Source: Hyalangium minutum
GTDB taxonomy: Bacteria; Myxococcota; Myxococcia; Myxococcales; Myxococcaceae
Direction: 5' to 3'
NCBI RefSeq assembly: GCF_000737315.1
Contig: NZ_JMCB01000006.1
Coordinates: forward strand, 764,001-1,012,000
Length of the DNA: 248,000 nucleotides
Made by a program: the position numbers and the translations under genes. This document shows, piece after piece, positions 41,601 through 53,998 of this stretch. Below the pieces are notes generated by a model that did no database searches, had not been told where the DNA came from, and saw nothing but the letters and a program-made list of their open reading frames with translations. How positions within the stretch are numbered: the stretch's first letter is position 1; the number at the start of each line of letters is the position of its first letter.

Positions 41601-42164
41601 ATGCCCAAGCGGTTTTTCGAGCTCGCCGACGATGTGATTGTCCCGCACCGCTGGCACCTGGACACGCCGACGGACAGTCAGGGCCGCAAAGTGGACGATG
41701 CGCTGTTCAGGCTCGGGAGTCCCGTCCACATTCAGGGGCGCTTGAAAGTTCCTGTCGAGATCGCGGGCAAGCCACTGGACTTCACGGAAGCGAACGTCGG
41801 TGTTCCGGTGGTCCATGTCCGGGTTGCGTCCATGTTCGCGGAGCTGGCCCCTCACGATGTGCAACTCTTCCCTGTGGACGTTGAGGGCCAGCCGGATCAG
41901 TACCTCATCCTTGTGGCCACGCGGCTCATCCGCTGTATCGACGAGAAAGCATCCCGGATCCGGCTCTGGACTCATGAAGACGGGCTCCCAGAGATGGTCG
42001 GCCAGTATGCCTCCGTGCGCGACATGCGCATCGACAAGGCCCAGGTGGGAAGCGCCCAGGTGTTTCGTCCTGAGGGGTGGATCGTCTCTCTGATCGTCTC
42101 TGGGGAGCTCAAGGACGCCTTGGAGCGCATGGGCGCCACAGGCACGAGGTTCGAGGAAGTCTAA
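41601..42164 (+). CDS. Imm11/DUF1629-like immunity protein (orphan)
   Basis: Paralog of 43600 and 69318; no toxin upstream. Confidence 0.75.
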   Translation: MPKRFFELADDVIVPHRWHLDTPTDSQGRKVDDALFRLGSPVHIQGRLKVPVEIAGKPLDFTEANVGVPVVHVRVASMFAELAPHDVQLFPVDVEGQPDQYLILVATRLIRCIDEKASRIRLWTHEDGLPEMVGQYASVRDMRIDKAQVGSAQVFRPEGWIVSLIVSGELKDALERMGATGTRFEEV

Positions 42165-42225
42165 GTTCGAGCTGGGGTGCCTCACAACACGTGGGCGGCG
42201 CGGCCTTTAAAAGTAGGAGTCAGCC

Positions 42226-43590
42226 ATGAAGCAGAGGCAGGTGCAGTGCAGGGCCGGTGCCTTGCTCCTCGCGTTTCTCGTGGGATGCAGCAGTGTTCCG
42301 CGAGTCCCCCACGTGGAGCAGGCCGCCCCGGGTAAGGCCGTCGTCCACATTCCGCGCGCGGCGGAGCTGCAGCTCGTCGTGGTGGACAAAGAGGAGTTCC
42401 AGAAGGCCATTCGCAGGCTGGCGCGCGAGGCGCGGCTGTCCGGCTCCCCGCGACAGACGGTGGAGCGGATGTTCCGGATGGACGCGCAGTTCGGTAACTA
42501 CCTCTACCTCTTGAGGGACAAGAAGCTGGTGCCGGCGGGGCCAGGCGAGCTGCTGGAAGGGACGCTGACGAAAGAGGACTTGGAGACGGCCGAGCGCTAC
42601 CGGCTGTGGTGCCGGGACGTCCACGGCTTCTACGGCGACTGTCTCGGGGGAGCGCTGGTGGCAGGGCGCTACCTGGACATGCACGGCCGCTACATCTGGG
42701 CGTTGGCGCTGAGCAAGAGCCCGGTGTTGGAGGAAATGAAAAAGGCGTTGGGGGAGATGGTGCAAGTGCGCGCCCTCATCAACACAGTCCTATGGACGCT
42801 GGGTTCCATGCTGCTGATCCTCGCGCTCAACCCCGTGGCTCCTGCGCTGGTGGCGGTGGTGGGCCTGGGGCTGGTTCTGTACGTGGGCGTGGACACGCTG
42901 CAGAACCTCGTGTCCGGCTGGCTCGAGTTGATGGAGGAGGTGAAGGTGGCCAACACCTTCGAGCAGCTCCGCGAGGCGGGCGAACGCTTTGGGAAGATTC
43001 TCGGGCGCGAGGCGGCCCGCGCGTTCGCCATGCTGTTGATGGCGGCCATTGGCTCGACGGCGCAGCAGTTCGCGGCGAAGGTGCCGACACTGCCCGGTTC
43101 GGCGCAGGTGGCCGTGCAGGCCGAGGGTGTGGCAGGAATCCCGCTGCCCGCGTTGGGTGCAGTGGAGGAGTTGGCGCTGGCGGCCGAGGGCGTGAGCGTG
43201 ACGGTGGCCGCCACGGCGATGACCATGGGGGCCAGCGGCAGTGGCGGCACGAGCCCCTGCATCGAGACGCACCACATCGCTACCATTTGCAACGACACCT
43301 CCACCGCGCGTGGCGGGCCATGGACGCCGCGGTTCCGAGTCATCTTCGCCAAGGCGGGAATGTCGATGGATGACCCGGCGAACAAGATGCCGCTGCCGGG
43401 GCACTATGGGCCTCACCCCGAGCGGTACCACCAGATCGTCTATGATGAATTGTTCACGGCAACGAGTACTTGTCGCAGCATCTTGGACTGCCGTGAGAGG
43501 TTGACGCGCGCCCTTCGGGTTCTGGCGAAGGATATCTCCACACCAGGAACGGAGCTGAACCAGCTCCTGACCCGCCCATCGCCTCGTTAG
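42226..43590 (+). CDS. AHH-nuclease lipoprotein toxin (SitA-like)
   Basis: Lipobox LVGC; ETHHIAT..GHYGPHP..YH. Confidence 0.8.
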   Translation: MKQRQVQCRAGALLLAFLVGCSSVPRVPHVEQAAPGKAVVHIPRAAELQLVVVDKEEFQKAIRRLAREARLSGSPRQTVERMFRMDAQFGNYLYLLRDKKLVPAGPGELLEGTLTKEDLETAERYRLWCRDVHGFYGDCLGGALVAGRYLDMHGRYIWALALSKSPVLEEMKKALGEMVQVRALINTVLWTLGSMLLILALNPVAPALVAVVGLGLVLYVGVDTLQNLVSGWLELMEEVKVANTFEQLREAGERFGKILGREAARAFAMLLMAAIGSTAQQFAAKVPTLPGSAQVAVQAEGVAGIPLPALGAVEELALAAEGVSVTVAATAMTMGASGSGGTSPCIETHHIATICNDTSTARGGPWTPRFRVIFAKAGMSMDDPANKMPLPGHYGPHPERYHQIVYDELFTATSTCRSILDCRERLTRALRVLAKDISTPGTELNQLLTRPSPR

Positions 43591-43599
43591 AAGGAGATC

Positions 43600-44163
43600 A
43601 TGCCACAGCGTTTTTTCAGACTCGCCGACGATGTGCGGGCTGCCCACCGCTGGCATCTCGATACGCCGAAGGACCGTCAGGGCCACACGGTGGATTACAG
43701 AGACTTCAGTCGTGGAACGCCTGTCCCGGCCAAGGACCGCTTGCGAATTCCCGTCGAGATCTCGGGCAACCCGCTGGACTACACAGAGGCGAACGTGAAC
43801 ATCCCAGTGGTTCACGTCCGCGTCGCGTCCGTGTTCGCGGAGCTGGCCCCTGCTGATGTGCAGATGATCCCGGTGGATGTGGAGGACCACCCAGACCAGT
43901 ACCTCATCCTCGTGGCCACACGGCTCATCCGCTGTATCGACGAGAAGGCATCTCGTATCCGTCTCTGGACACACGAAGATGGACTCCCTGCGATGGTCGG
44001 CCAGTACGCCTCGGTACGAGACCTGCGTATCGATAGGGCCCAGGTCGGAAGCGCCCAGGTATTCCGGCCCGAAGGGTGGACCGTCTCGCTCATCGTCTCC
44101 GGGGAGATTCATGACGCCCTGGAGCGCATGGGCGCCACAGGCACGCGGTTCGAGGAGGTCTAA
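43600..44163 (+). CDS. Imm11/DUF1629-like immunity protein
   Basis: Directly after the AHH toxin. Confidence 0.78.
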   Translation: MPQRFFRLADDVRAAHRWHLDTPKDRQGHTVDYRDFSRGTPVPAKDRLRIPVEISGNPLDYTEANVNIPVVHVRVASVFAELAPADVQMIPVDVEDHPDQYLILVATRLIRCIDEKASRIRLWTHEDGLPAMVGQYASVRDLRIDRAQVGSAQVFRPEGWTVSLIVSGEIHDALERMGATGTRFEEV

Positions 44164-44452
44164 TGAGGGTGGTAGCCATCGCGATGTCAGACTGAGGGAC
44201 TACTCCTGGGGCTGCTCTGTCCCAGGAGGCTGTCCTGAGTTTCCCCCTTCCCATTCTCCACTGCTCTGAGCCCCCGCAGGACTGTGTTCCCGAGGAGGAG
44301 GTGTGCTCGGTGGACTCGAAGGTTCCCTGTGAGCCGGGCGGCGTCCAGAGTCCCGTGCCCTCCCCTCCTCATAATAAGGAGGAGTGCCCCCGCAGCAGCA
44401 GCACGCGCAGCCTCGTCGATGTGCTCGACGCACTGATGTAGCGCAGCGGCGC

Positions 44453-45526
44453 TCAGCCCACGTTCACCACGCGCGCCATCACCGCGTTGTTGCCGTAGCC
44501 CAGCCGGTTCCACTGTGACGTCTCCGGCTGTGTCTCGCCGGCCTCGTCCGTGGCCCGGGCTCTCAGCGTGTGCCGCCCCGGCTTCGCGTCCTCCCACGTG
44601 AAGGCCCAGCGCACCCATGCCGACGGTTTCGGTTTCTCCAGCAGCGTGGCCGGCTTCCACGTCTCCCCGCCGTCCACCGCCACCTCCACCTGCACCACCC
44701 GACGCTCCCCGCTCCACGCGATGCCGTGCACCACCACCCGGCCCGGTGCCACGCGAGCCCCTTCCGAGGGCGTCAGGATCAGCGACTTCACCCGCATCCG
44801 CGTCACCGGCTCCGGCGCACGGCCGTTGCTCAGGTCATAGATGTAGCGCTCGCGCTGGTAGTAGCCGCTGAAGGGCCGCGTGAGGGCCTCGATGCGCTTC
44901 ACCCACTTCACGCTCGCCATGCCGTACCAGCCCGGGACGATCAGCCGCATCGGTGCCCCGTGCGCGCGAGGCAGCGGCTCCCCGTTCATCTCCAGCGCCA
45001 GCAGCGTGTCCGGGTGCATCGCCTTGCTCACCGGCAGCGCACGGGCGAAGCGCTTGCTCCCCTCCCCGTCCGCTCCTTCCACCAGGATCTCCAGCACGTT
45101 CGGGCGCAGTCGCGCGCGTCCCAGCACCTCCGCCAGCGGCACGCCCCTCCACACCGCCGTGCTCAGCGCGCCCTTGTCCCAGGGCTCGCCCTCCGGCAGA
45201 GGAGACATCGCCGTGCGGCCGTTGCCCGCGCACTCCACGGTCGCCGTCACCTCGCGCAGGGGCCCTCGCGCCAAGTCCTTCAGCCGCAGCGTCAGCGGCG
45301 CCTCCACCGCCCCCTCCACGGTGATGCGGTGGGTGGCGGTGGGCAGCTCCGGCTCGGCGTAGTTGCTGCGCACGAAGAAGGAGTCCGTGGGCGTCCGCGG
45401 ATGAGTCAGCGCCTCCAGCGGTGCCTCCGCGTTGAAGGGCTCGAGCTTCACCGGCACCAGCTTGGCCCGCGTCTCTTTGTGGAGCTCCTCCTGCGCCTCG
45501 TCCCCTGTCCCCTGTTCTCCCTCCAC
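44453..45526 (-). CDS. sulfite oxidase-like molybdopterin oxidoreductase
   Basis: ECAGNGR, HGAPMRLIVPGWYG..VKW. Confidence 0.88.
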   Translation of the reverse strand: MEGEQGTGDEAQEELHKETRAKLVPVKLEPFNAEAPLEALTHPRTPTDSFFVRSNYAEPELPTATHRITVEGAVEAPLTLRLKDLARGPLREVTATVECAGNGRTAMSPLPEGEPWDKGALSTAVWRGVPLAEVLGRARLRPNVLEILVEGADGEGSKRFARALPVSKAMHPDTLLALEMNGEPLPRAHGAPMRLIVPGWYGMASVKWVKRIEALTRPFSGYYQRERYIYDLSNGRAPEPVTRMRVKSLILTPSEGARVAPGRVVVHGIAWSGERRVVQVEVAVDGGETWKPATLLEKPKPSAWVRWAFTWEDAKPGRHTLRARATDEAGETQPETSQWNRLGYGNNAVMARVVNVG

Positions 45527-45730
45527 GCCCCACCCCCTGCCCGGGAGATGGGGTTCGCCTGTCCAGAGGACAAGGGCCCGCGTTCGCTGGCGGTCATTTG
45601 GAAGGCCAGACGTTCAGTCGCATGCGAGGCGGGTGAATCCCGGTGGACATGGCTGTCTGGACGCTCGCCAGGGGAGTCCACCGTCTGGAGACGCAGCAGC
45701 CCCGCGTCGGTCGTGTTAGTGGGAGGCGCG

Positions 45731-47563
<1,833 letters not shown>

Positions 47564-47780
47564 TCAGCGTCTGATCAAGGTTCCAGCCGCAGTGGAACCG
47601 GATCCGCGGGCGGCCATCGGGAAATTCGAAAAGCCCTGGCAACGGCGGCGCGCTTCAGGTACACGGTCGCCCCGCTCCGGATCCGGCGGTGAGAGACTTA
47701 TCGGGTCGGATCCACCCGTGCTGTCCTGCCAAGTCAGTATGTCCAAGTACGTTCCGAGCGGCGTTTCCGTTCTGTGAGCC

Positions 47781-47913
47781 TGTGGACACGATGAAAGGCG
47801 GCCTGTGGGAAACGTGTGGAGAACTCGCGCTTTTCTGGAGGCCTGAAGGAAATCAGGCACTTGGGCCCCGGGGGCATGTGGAGGATCTGTGGATAACACG
47901 CGCTTCTTTGATC
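47781..47913. promoter_or_regulatory. DnaA-box cluster, candidate oriC element
   Basis: TGTGGACAC, TGTGGGAAA, TGTGGAGAA, TGTGGAGGA and a perfect TGTGGATAA (47888-47896), all co-oriented. Confidence 0.5.
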
Positions 47914-48542
47914 AGCTCCAACAGGGGTGTCAGACGCTGGGTGTGAGCGTGGGTGAGGACGTCCCCGCGAAGCTGCTTCGGCTCATGAGTGAGCTGATCA
48001 AGTGGAACGCGAAGGTGAATCTCACCGCCATTACGGAGCCGGAAGAGGTGCTCGAGAAGCACTTCCTGGACTCGCTGGCGGTGCTGCCCGAGGTGGAGGG
48101 CGCTTCTTCATTACTGGATCTCGGAGCGGGGGCGGGCTTCCCGGGGCTGCCGCTCAAGCTGGCCCGGCCGGCCATGGCGGTGACGCTCGTTGACGCGGTG
48201 GGCAAGAAGGTGGGCTTCCTCAAGGCCGCCATCGCCGTGCTGGGGATGAAGGAGGCGCGGGGACTCCATGCGCGCGCCGAGGGCCAGCCCGAGTCCGAGG
48301 GCATTCCGCGCGCGGAGCTGCTCATCGCCCGCGCGTTCATGGACTTGCCGGATTGGTTGAACCTCGCGCCCGCGTACGTGCAGCCGGGGGGGCGCGTGGT
48401 GGCCATGCTCGGCAAGGCTCAGCCGGACACGGAGCTGCACGCGCGCGCGGGTGAGCGAGGCCTCCGGCTGGTTTCCGCGCGCCAGTACCGGCTTCCGTTC
48501 TCGCGGGCCGAGCGGCAGGTCGCCGTCTTCTCGAAGGTCTGA
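47889..48542 (+). CDS. rsmG: 16S rRNA m7G527 methyltransferase RsmG
   Basis: NLTAI..KHFLDSL, DLGAGAGFPG. Confidence 0.96.
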   Translation: MDNTRFFDQLQQGCQTLGVSVGEDVPAKLLRLMSELIKWNAKVNLTAITEPEEVLEKHFLDSLAVLPEVEGASSLLDLGAGAGFPGLPLKLARPAMAVTLVDAVGKKVGFLKAAIAVLGMKEARGLHARAEGQPESEGIPRAELLIARAFMDLPDWLNLAPAYVQPGGRVVAMLGKAQPDTELHARAGERGLRLVSARQYRLPFSRAERQVAVFSKV

Positions 48543-48574
48543 CGAACGTCAGCGCCCGCTTCGCTGGCGGGTGA

Positions 48575-49081
48575 TCAGCGAGCGTTCCACGCCACGGACT
48601 CGGACTGCAGCGAGAGGATCCGCGAAGCCCGGGAGCGCTGGCCCTCCGCCAGGCACGGGGTGGCGCCCGTGAGCGAGAAGGTCGCCGAGGCCGACAGCCC
48701 CACCGCGTTCGTCACCGTGGCGGTGATCTCCGGAGCAGTGTCCGTGAGCATGCACGGTGGCGGCATCCAGACCACTTCGCTCTGCGTGGCCTCGGACACA
48801 GCGGGGCCCAGGGTGCCCGTGTTGGTGGACCAGGTGATGGTGAGCGCGCGCGCTTGTGGATCCGCCGCGACAACGCGGAAGGTGACGCGGTTGCCGGAGA
48901 ACCAGCGCAGCTCGGACTGGAAGGTGCTGGTGATGCGCGGGGCGGCGGAGGCGTCGAGCGGGCTCTCGCGCGGCGAGGTCTGCTGCGCGGCGGGCTCGGC
49001 GGACTGCTGGCTGCAGCCTCCGAGGAGCATGCCCAGCGCCGCCATCAGCCCCCTGCCCTTCCATCCTTTATATGCGTGCAT
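48575..49081 (-). CDS. lipoprotein with Ig/PKD-like domain
   Basis: Lipobox LGGC. Confidence 0.6.
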   Translation of the reverse strand: MHAYKGWKGRGLMAALGMLLGGCSQQSAEPAAQQTSPRESPLDASAAPRITSTFQSELRWFSGNRVTFRVVAADPQARALTITWSTNTGTLGPAVSEATQSEVVWMPPPCMLTDTAPEITATVTNAVGLSASATFSLTGATPCLAEGQRSRASRILSLQSESVAWNAR

Positions 49082-49162
49082 GGCGCGCCTCCCGGCTCAG
49101 CGCTCGAAAACGCTGCGCACACTGTAGGAGACGTTGAAGGGAGGGCCAGTTTTCAGCGCGGA

Positions 49163-50791
49163 TCAGCGCGGCGAGTCGGCGATGTCCTGGAGCATGGAGG
49201 GCCGGGGCAGCGGGCACTCGGGGCCGTAGAGCTCGAGCGAGCGCAGGAGCCCCCAGCCTCCGTTCCAGTCGGTGCCCATGAAGCGGACGTAGCGCGCCAC
49301 CCGCTGAGGGAACCACACGCGGCGGGGGACGTTGTTGTCCTGGGGCTCGTTGATCACCGAGTGCAGGGCGCTCCAGCGCACGCCGTCCAGGCTCGTCGTC
49401 ACCGTGCTCTTCGCGCTTGGGCCGAAGCGGGTTTCCCAGGCCCAGTCCAGCACCATGCCGGTGAGGGTGTAGTCGCGGCTGAGATCCACCTGTACCCAGG
49501 CACCGGTCGACTGATTGCTTCGCCAGGCGGTGGCCCGGTTGCGGTCGAACGCGGCGCTGGCCCCCCCCGTCTCGTAGAAGCCCGAGGCGCTCGCGGAGGC
49601 ATAACCGGCGAACTCGCAGTCCCGGGGCTGATGATCCGGTGCCCACTGCTCCTGGACCTGGAGGGACGGCTGCTCGGCGGAGGGGGTGTCCATCATGTCG
49701 GGCGGATGGAGGGAGCCGGAGCCGCGAGCCGGAAGAGGCTGGGGTGGGGGCAACAGGGTGGCGGGAGAGCGGGGGGGCGGCGTTGCCCACCTGCTCCTGG
49801 GGTGTTCTGGGGTGGAGTGCGCGGTGACGCGGCCTGTGGCGAAACCCGCGCCGAAGATCAGCAGCGCGGCGCCCGCGGCCAGGGCCACGCGCTTCAGGCG
49901 GCGTGCGTGAGGCCGGTGGGTTTGCTCGGGGGCCTCGAGGTCGCGCAGGGCGTTGGGGGCGGAGGCGAAGCGCAGCGCCGGATCCACGGAGGTGAGCCGC
50001 GCGAGGAATTCGCGGAACGGGGGGGTGACATCCACGCTCGCGGCGAGCTTCTCGGAGGAGGTCAGCTTCTGCTGCTTCCACGCCGGATCCCACGAGAGAG
50101 CATCCACCAGGGTGACGCCGAGGCCGAAGAGATCCGTGGCGGCGTCCAGCTCACCGTGGGTCTGGTCGGGGGGCGTGTAGCGGGAGGCCTCGGAGCTGGC
50201 GCCGCCGCGCACCCAGGCCGCGCCGAAGTCGACGAGGAACAGGGCGCCATCCGCGCGGCGGATGAGGTTGGCGGGCTTGAGGTCTCCATGGAACACCCGC
50301 GGGGAGCGGCTCTGCAGGTAGCGGAGGATGTCGAGCACCTGGCGGGCGAGCTCGCGGGCCTCGAGCTCGGTGGAGTGGCGGCCGGCGAGCTCGGTCTCCA
50401 GCGGGGTGCCTTCGATGAACTCCTGAACGAGGTAGAGCCGGGTGCCGGATCCGAGGCCGAGCTGGAGCAGGTCCAGGTAGCGGGGGATGCGTGGATGGGT
50501 GAGGCCCTGGAGCTGGCGCGCTTCCTGGTGGAAGGCTTGGAGGGTGGTGGCGGAGGGTTCGGTGGAGAAGGACAGCTCCTTGAGGACGACGAGCCCCTCT
50601 GCATCATCGGCGAGATAGGTGCGGGCAGCGCCGCGCTGGCCGAGGACCTGGCGCACGCGGTAGGGCCCGACTCTCACGGCCACGCCGCAGTGGGTGCAGC
50701 GCTCGCCGGTCGCGGCGCTCGAGCACCCGGGGCAGCTTCCCGCGGGTGGAAGAGGACCAATCATCGAGCTTCTTCCTGTGCCAGCCGGCAT
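49163..50791 (-). CDS. Ser/Thr kinase with C-terminal discoidin (F5/8 type C) domain
   Basis: HGDLKPAN, DFG; AFDRNRATAW..WVQVDL. Confidence 0.8.
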   Translation of the reverse strand: MPAGTGRSSMIGPLPPAGSCPGCSSAATGERCTHCGVAVRVGPYRVRQVLGQRGAARTYLADDAEGLVVLKELSFSTEPSATTLQAFHQEARQLQGLTHPRIPRYLDLLQLGLGSGTRLYLVQEFIEGTPLETELAGRHSTELEARELARQVLDILRYLQSRSPRVFHGDLKPANLIRRADGALFLVDFGAAWVRGGASSEASRYTPPDQTHGELDAATDLFGLGVTLVDALSWDPAWKQQKLTSSEKLAASVDVTPPFREFLARLTSVDPALRFASAPNALRDLEAPEQTHRPHARRLKRVALAAGAALLIFGAGFATGRVTAHSTPEHPRSRWATPPPRSPATLLPPPQPLPARGSGSLHPPDMMDTPSAEQPSLQVQEQWAPDHQPRDCEFAGYASASASGFYETGGASAAFDRNRATAWRSNQSTGAWVQVDLSRDYTLTGMVLDWAWETRFGPSAKSTVTTSLDGVRWSALHSVINEPQDNNVPRRVWFPQRVARYVRFMGTDWNGGWGLLRSLELYGPECPLPRPSMLQDIADSPR

Positions 50792-50995
50792 GAACGGTCT
50801 CCTACCGCGTTCGACGCGGCATTGTCCGCTGGGATGCGGCTGCGGACAAGGCTGCGAGGGTTGCGAGTCTCTCGATGAGCGGGGGCGCGGTGGCGGGGTT
50901 CGCGGATCCGGTGGACAGGGATGCGGGCGCTTCAGGCACGGGCTCACGGCTCGAGTGACGCAGGTTCGTGGATCCACGGTGCGGGTGACACGGGT

Positions 50996-51070
50996 CGCGG
51001 GTCCCTCGTCTCGGCGCGGGTCCCCCCGTCAGCGGACGGGTCCTCCCGCGCCGGCCGTCCCGCTCTCCCC
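50996..51070 (+). repeat. dispersed ~75-bp hairpin repeat, copy 1
   Basis: Same sequence at 119211-119285. Confidence 0.8.
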
Positions 51071-51169
51071 ATGGGGTCCGGTTCGTGGCCCGCGGATCCA
51101 CCTACGGGGGACTGGGGACTCGGGTGTGGAGTGACAGCACGCATATGGCAGCCGCTGTCCATGCACCCC

Positions 51170-51515
51170 TGTTCCACGTGGAACTGCGGGAGCTCACCCC
51201 ACGGCCCACGGACTCAGGGGCCCACCTTCATACATAGGAATGAAGGTTCCACGTGGAACAGCCTGCCCCGCTCTGGGACTGGCACCGGCGCCTCCATGCA
51301 TCCAATCCCCATCATCAAGGTTCCACGTGGAACACCCACGGTCGGGAAGCCGGAGACCTTCAGGCCTCGCCCCCATAGGCATCCGCATGGGGCGCGGACT
51401 CAGTGCCCAGGCTCCATCTCTTCCGGTGTTCCACGTGGAACGTCCAGGCCCCGGATGCGTCCTGTTCGAGTCCGGTACCGGGACCTCTTCAGGGATCCTT
51501 GTTCCACGTGGAACG
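51170..51515. promoter_or_regulatory. parS: parS array (five sites)
   Basis: GTTCCACGTGGAAC palindromes near 51171, 51246, 51320, 51428 and 51501, upstream of parA. Confidence 0.95.
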
Positions 51516-51765
51516 TCCCCTCCCCGGACCCGCTCAGGGCCGCCAGAGAGGACCTCCGGCGTGCCGCTCCGGCCCCCCTCCGAGGTCATCCGAGAGGTCA
51601 CCGAGCAGGCCCAAATTGGCACTAGATCGGGTGACCGTTTGGTGGCTCAATGCCCCCGCACTTTCGTGCACCGGGCGACTCCCTCACGCGCCGCCCCGAT
51701 GCCCGAAAGCGTCTCGGAACGCAACGCGCACCCCGGACTCCGGGGACGGAATGAGGATGGGCCAC

Positions 51766-52557
51766 GTGGGTCGAATCATCTGCATCTCCAACCAGAAGGG
51801 TGGCGTCGGAAAGACGACCACCGCCATCAACCTCGCCGCCAGCCTGGCCTCGGCGGAGCGCCGCACGCTCCTGGTCGACATGGATCCGCAAGGCAACGCC
51901 GGCAGTGGACTCGGTCTCAAGCGCGACCAGCTCAACGGCACCATCTATGAGGCCCTCCTCAATGGCCGCCCCATGAAGGAGCTCATTCACTCCACCGAGC
52001 TCCGCTACCTCCACGTCGTCCCCGCCACCCCAGACCTCACCGGCGCCGAAGTGGAGCTCGTCAGCCACGAGCGCCGCGAGTTCCGTCTCCGCGAGGCCCT
52101 CCGTCCGCTGGCCAAGGAGTACGACTACATCCTCATCGACTGCCCCCCGTCGCTGGGCCTGCTCACGCTCAACTCGCTGGTGGCCGCCGACTCCGTCCTC
52201 ATCCCCCTGCAGTGCGAGTACTACGCGCTCGAGGGTCTCTCTCAGCTCACCCACACCGTGGACCTGGTGCGCCAGGAGCTGAACCCCTCGCTCAAGATGG
52301 AGGGCATCCTCCTCACCATGTTCGATGGGCGCGCCAACATCGCCAACCAGGTGGTCGATGAAGTGCGCGGCTACTTCAAGGACAAGGTCTTCGGCGTGGT
52401 GGTGCCGCGCAACGTGCGCCTCGCCGAGTGCCCCTCGTTCGGCAAGCCCATCATCCTCTATGACATCAAGTCCAAGGGCTGCGAGAGCTACCTGGCTCTC
52501 GGCCGAGAGATCATGAACCGCGAGGGCAGGAAGCCGCCCGCCCGCAAGGTCGCTTGA
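51766..52557 (+). CDS. parA: chromosome partitioning ATPase ParA
   Basis: NQKGGVGKTTT, DMDPQGN, IDCPPSLG. Confidence 0.97.
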   Translation: MGRIICISNQKGGVGKTTTAINLAASLASAERRTLLVDMDPQGNAGSGLGLKRDQLNGTIYEALLNGRPMKELIHSTELRYLHVVPATPDLTGAEVELVSHERREFRLREALRPLAKEYDYILIDCPPSLGLLTLNSLVAADSVLIPLQCEYYALEGLSQLTHTVDLVRQELNPSLKMEGILLTMFDGRANIANQVVDEVRGYFKDKVFGVVVPRNVRLAECPSFGKPIILYDIKSKGCESYLALGREIMNREGRKPPARKVA

Positions 52558-52651
52558 TTCGCTTCCCCCTTCCCAAGGACCCTCAACCTTCCCCTCCACG
52601 CTCCCCGGGGCGTGAGGACCTGGCGCCTGGACGCCACCGTGGAGAGAAGAC

Positions 52652-53548
52652 GTGCTGAACGCTGCCGATAAACAGAAGCGGGCACTGGGCCGAGGGCTCT
52701 CGGCCCTCATCCCGCAAGCCGCACCCGTGGCCGCCGTCCCTAATAAGGTGGCGGCCGAGTCGCCGCGCAACGGCGTGCTCAAGCTGCCCATCGAGTCCAT
52801 CCACCGCGACAGTGCGCAGCCGCGCCATCACTTCGATGAGGCCAAGCTCTCGGAGCTCACCGAGTCCATCAAGGCTCAGGGCGTGCTGCAGCCGGTGCTC
52901 GTCCGCAAGGATGGCGATGGCTACAAGCTCATCGCCGGTGAGCGGCGCTGGCGCGCGGCTCAGGCCGCCGGGCTGAAGGAAGTGCCCGCGCTGGTGCGCG
53001 AGGTGACCGAGGCCCAGGCCTTCGAGCTGGCGCTGGTGGAGAACCTCCAGCGCGCGGACCTCAACCCCATCGAAGAGGCCGAGGGCTACCAGCGCCTGCA
53101 GGACGAGTTCAAGCTCACCCAGGAGCAGATCAGCCAGCGCGTGGGCAAGGAGCGCTCCACGGTGGCCAACGCCCTGCGGCTCCTGGCCCTGCCCAAGGAT
53201 GTGAAGGAGATGGTGGCCGAGGGCTCCTTGAGCATGGGCCATGCGCGCGCGCTGCTCGGCGTGCCTCGGCTGCCCGAGCTTCAGGCGCTGGCGGCGAAGG
53301 TCGCCGAGCAGAAGCTCTCCGTTCGCGACACTGAGAAGTTGGTGCAGCAGCGCCGTGCACCTAAGAAGGAAGCAGGTCGTCCACCCAAGCAGAGCGCGCA
53401 GGCCAAGGCGCTCATCGAAGAGCTTCAGCGCCGGTTGGGAACAAAAGTGCGTCTATCGGAGAGGTCCCCAGGAAAAGGAACTTTGGAAGTGGACTTCTTC
53501 TCGTACGATGACCTGGATCGGTTGTTGAAGCTTCTCAGGAAGGAGTAG
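52652..53548 (+). CDS. parB: ParB partition protein
   Basis: GRGLSALI, GERRWRAA, ENLQRADL. Confidence 0.97.
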   Translation: MLNAADKQKRALGRGLSALIPQAAPVAAVPNKVAAESPRNGVLKLPIESIHRDSAQPRHHFDEAKLSELTESIKAQGVLQPVLVRKDGDGYKLIAGERRWRAAQAAGLKEVPALVREVTEAQAFELALVENLQRADLNPIEEAEGYQRLQDEFKLTQEQISQRVGKERSTVANALRLLALPKDVKEMVAEGSLSMGHARALLGVPRLPELQALAAKVAEQKLSVRDTEKLVQQRRAPKKEAGRPPKQSAQAKALIEELQRRLGTKVRLSERSPGKGTLEVDFFSYDDLDRLLKLLRKE

Positions 53549-53551
53549 CGC

Positions 53552-53998
53552 GTGGCGCTCCTTGGCGGGAAAAAAGACGAAGCACCCAGCACTACCACCA
53601 GCAAGCCACTGTTCAAGCGGGAGGAGGATTTCGTGTCGACGCGTCCAGGCGACATTCACACGCTGCTCGGCAAGGGGAGCGAGTTCACCGGAAAGCTCAC
53701 CTTCGAAGGTCAGGTGCGCATCGACGGTAAGTTCAATGGGGAGATCTCCACCAAGGACACCATCGTCATCGGCGATGGTGCACGTGTGGAGGCCACCATC
53801 ACCGCGGGCACCGTCATCATCCACGGCACCGTGGTGGGCAACGTCACGGCCGCCCAGATCATCGAGCTCAAGCAACCGGGCCGCGTGAAGGGCGACCTCA
53901 CCACTCCGGCGCTCACCATCGAGCGCGGTGCCTCCTATGACGGCACCTGCAAGATGGAGGGTGGCCGGCCGCCTGCTCCGGGTGGCGACAAGAAGTAG
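53552..53998 (+). CDS. bacM: bactofilin
   Basis: Bactofilin beta-helix repeats; follows parB as in Myxococcus. Confidence 0.85.
   Translation: MALLGGKKDEAPSTTTSKPLFKREEDFVSTRPGDIHTLLGKGSEFTGKLTFEGQVRIDGKFNGEISTKDTIVIGDGARVEATITAGTVIIHGTVVGNVTAAQIIELKQPGRVKGDLTTPALTIERGASYDGTCKMEGGRPPAPGGDKK

Noticed and set aside
51170-51515. Repeats with unique spacers resembling a CRISPR array
   Set aside because: They are 14-16-bp parS palindromes with irregular spacing upstream of parAB; no cas genes were seen.
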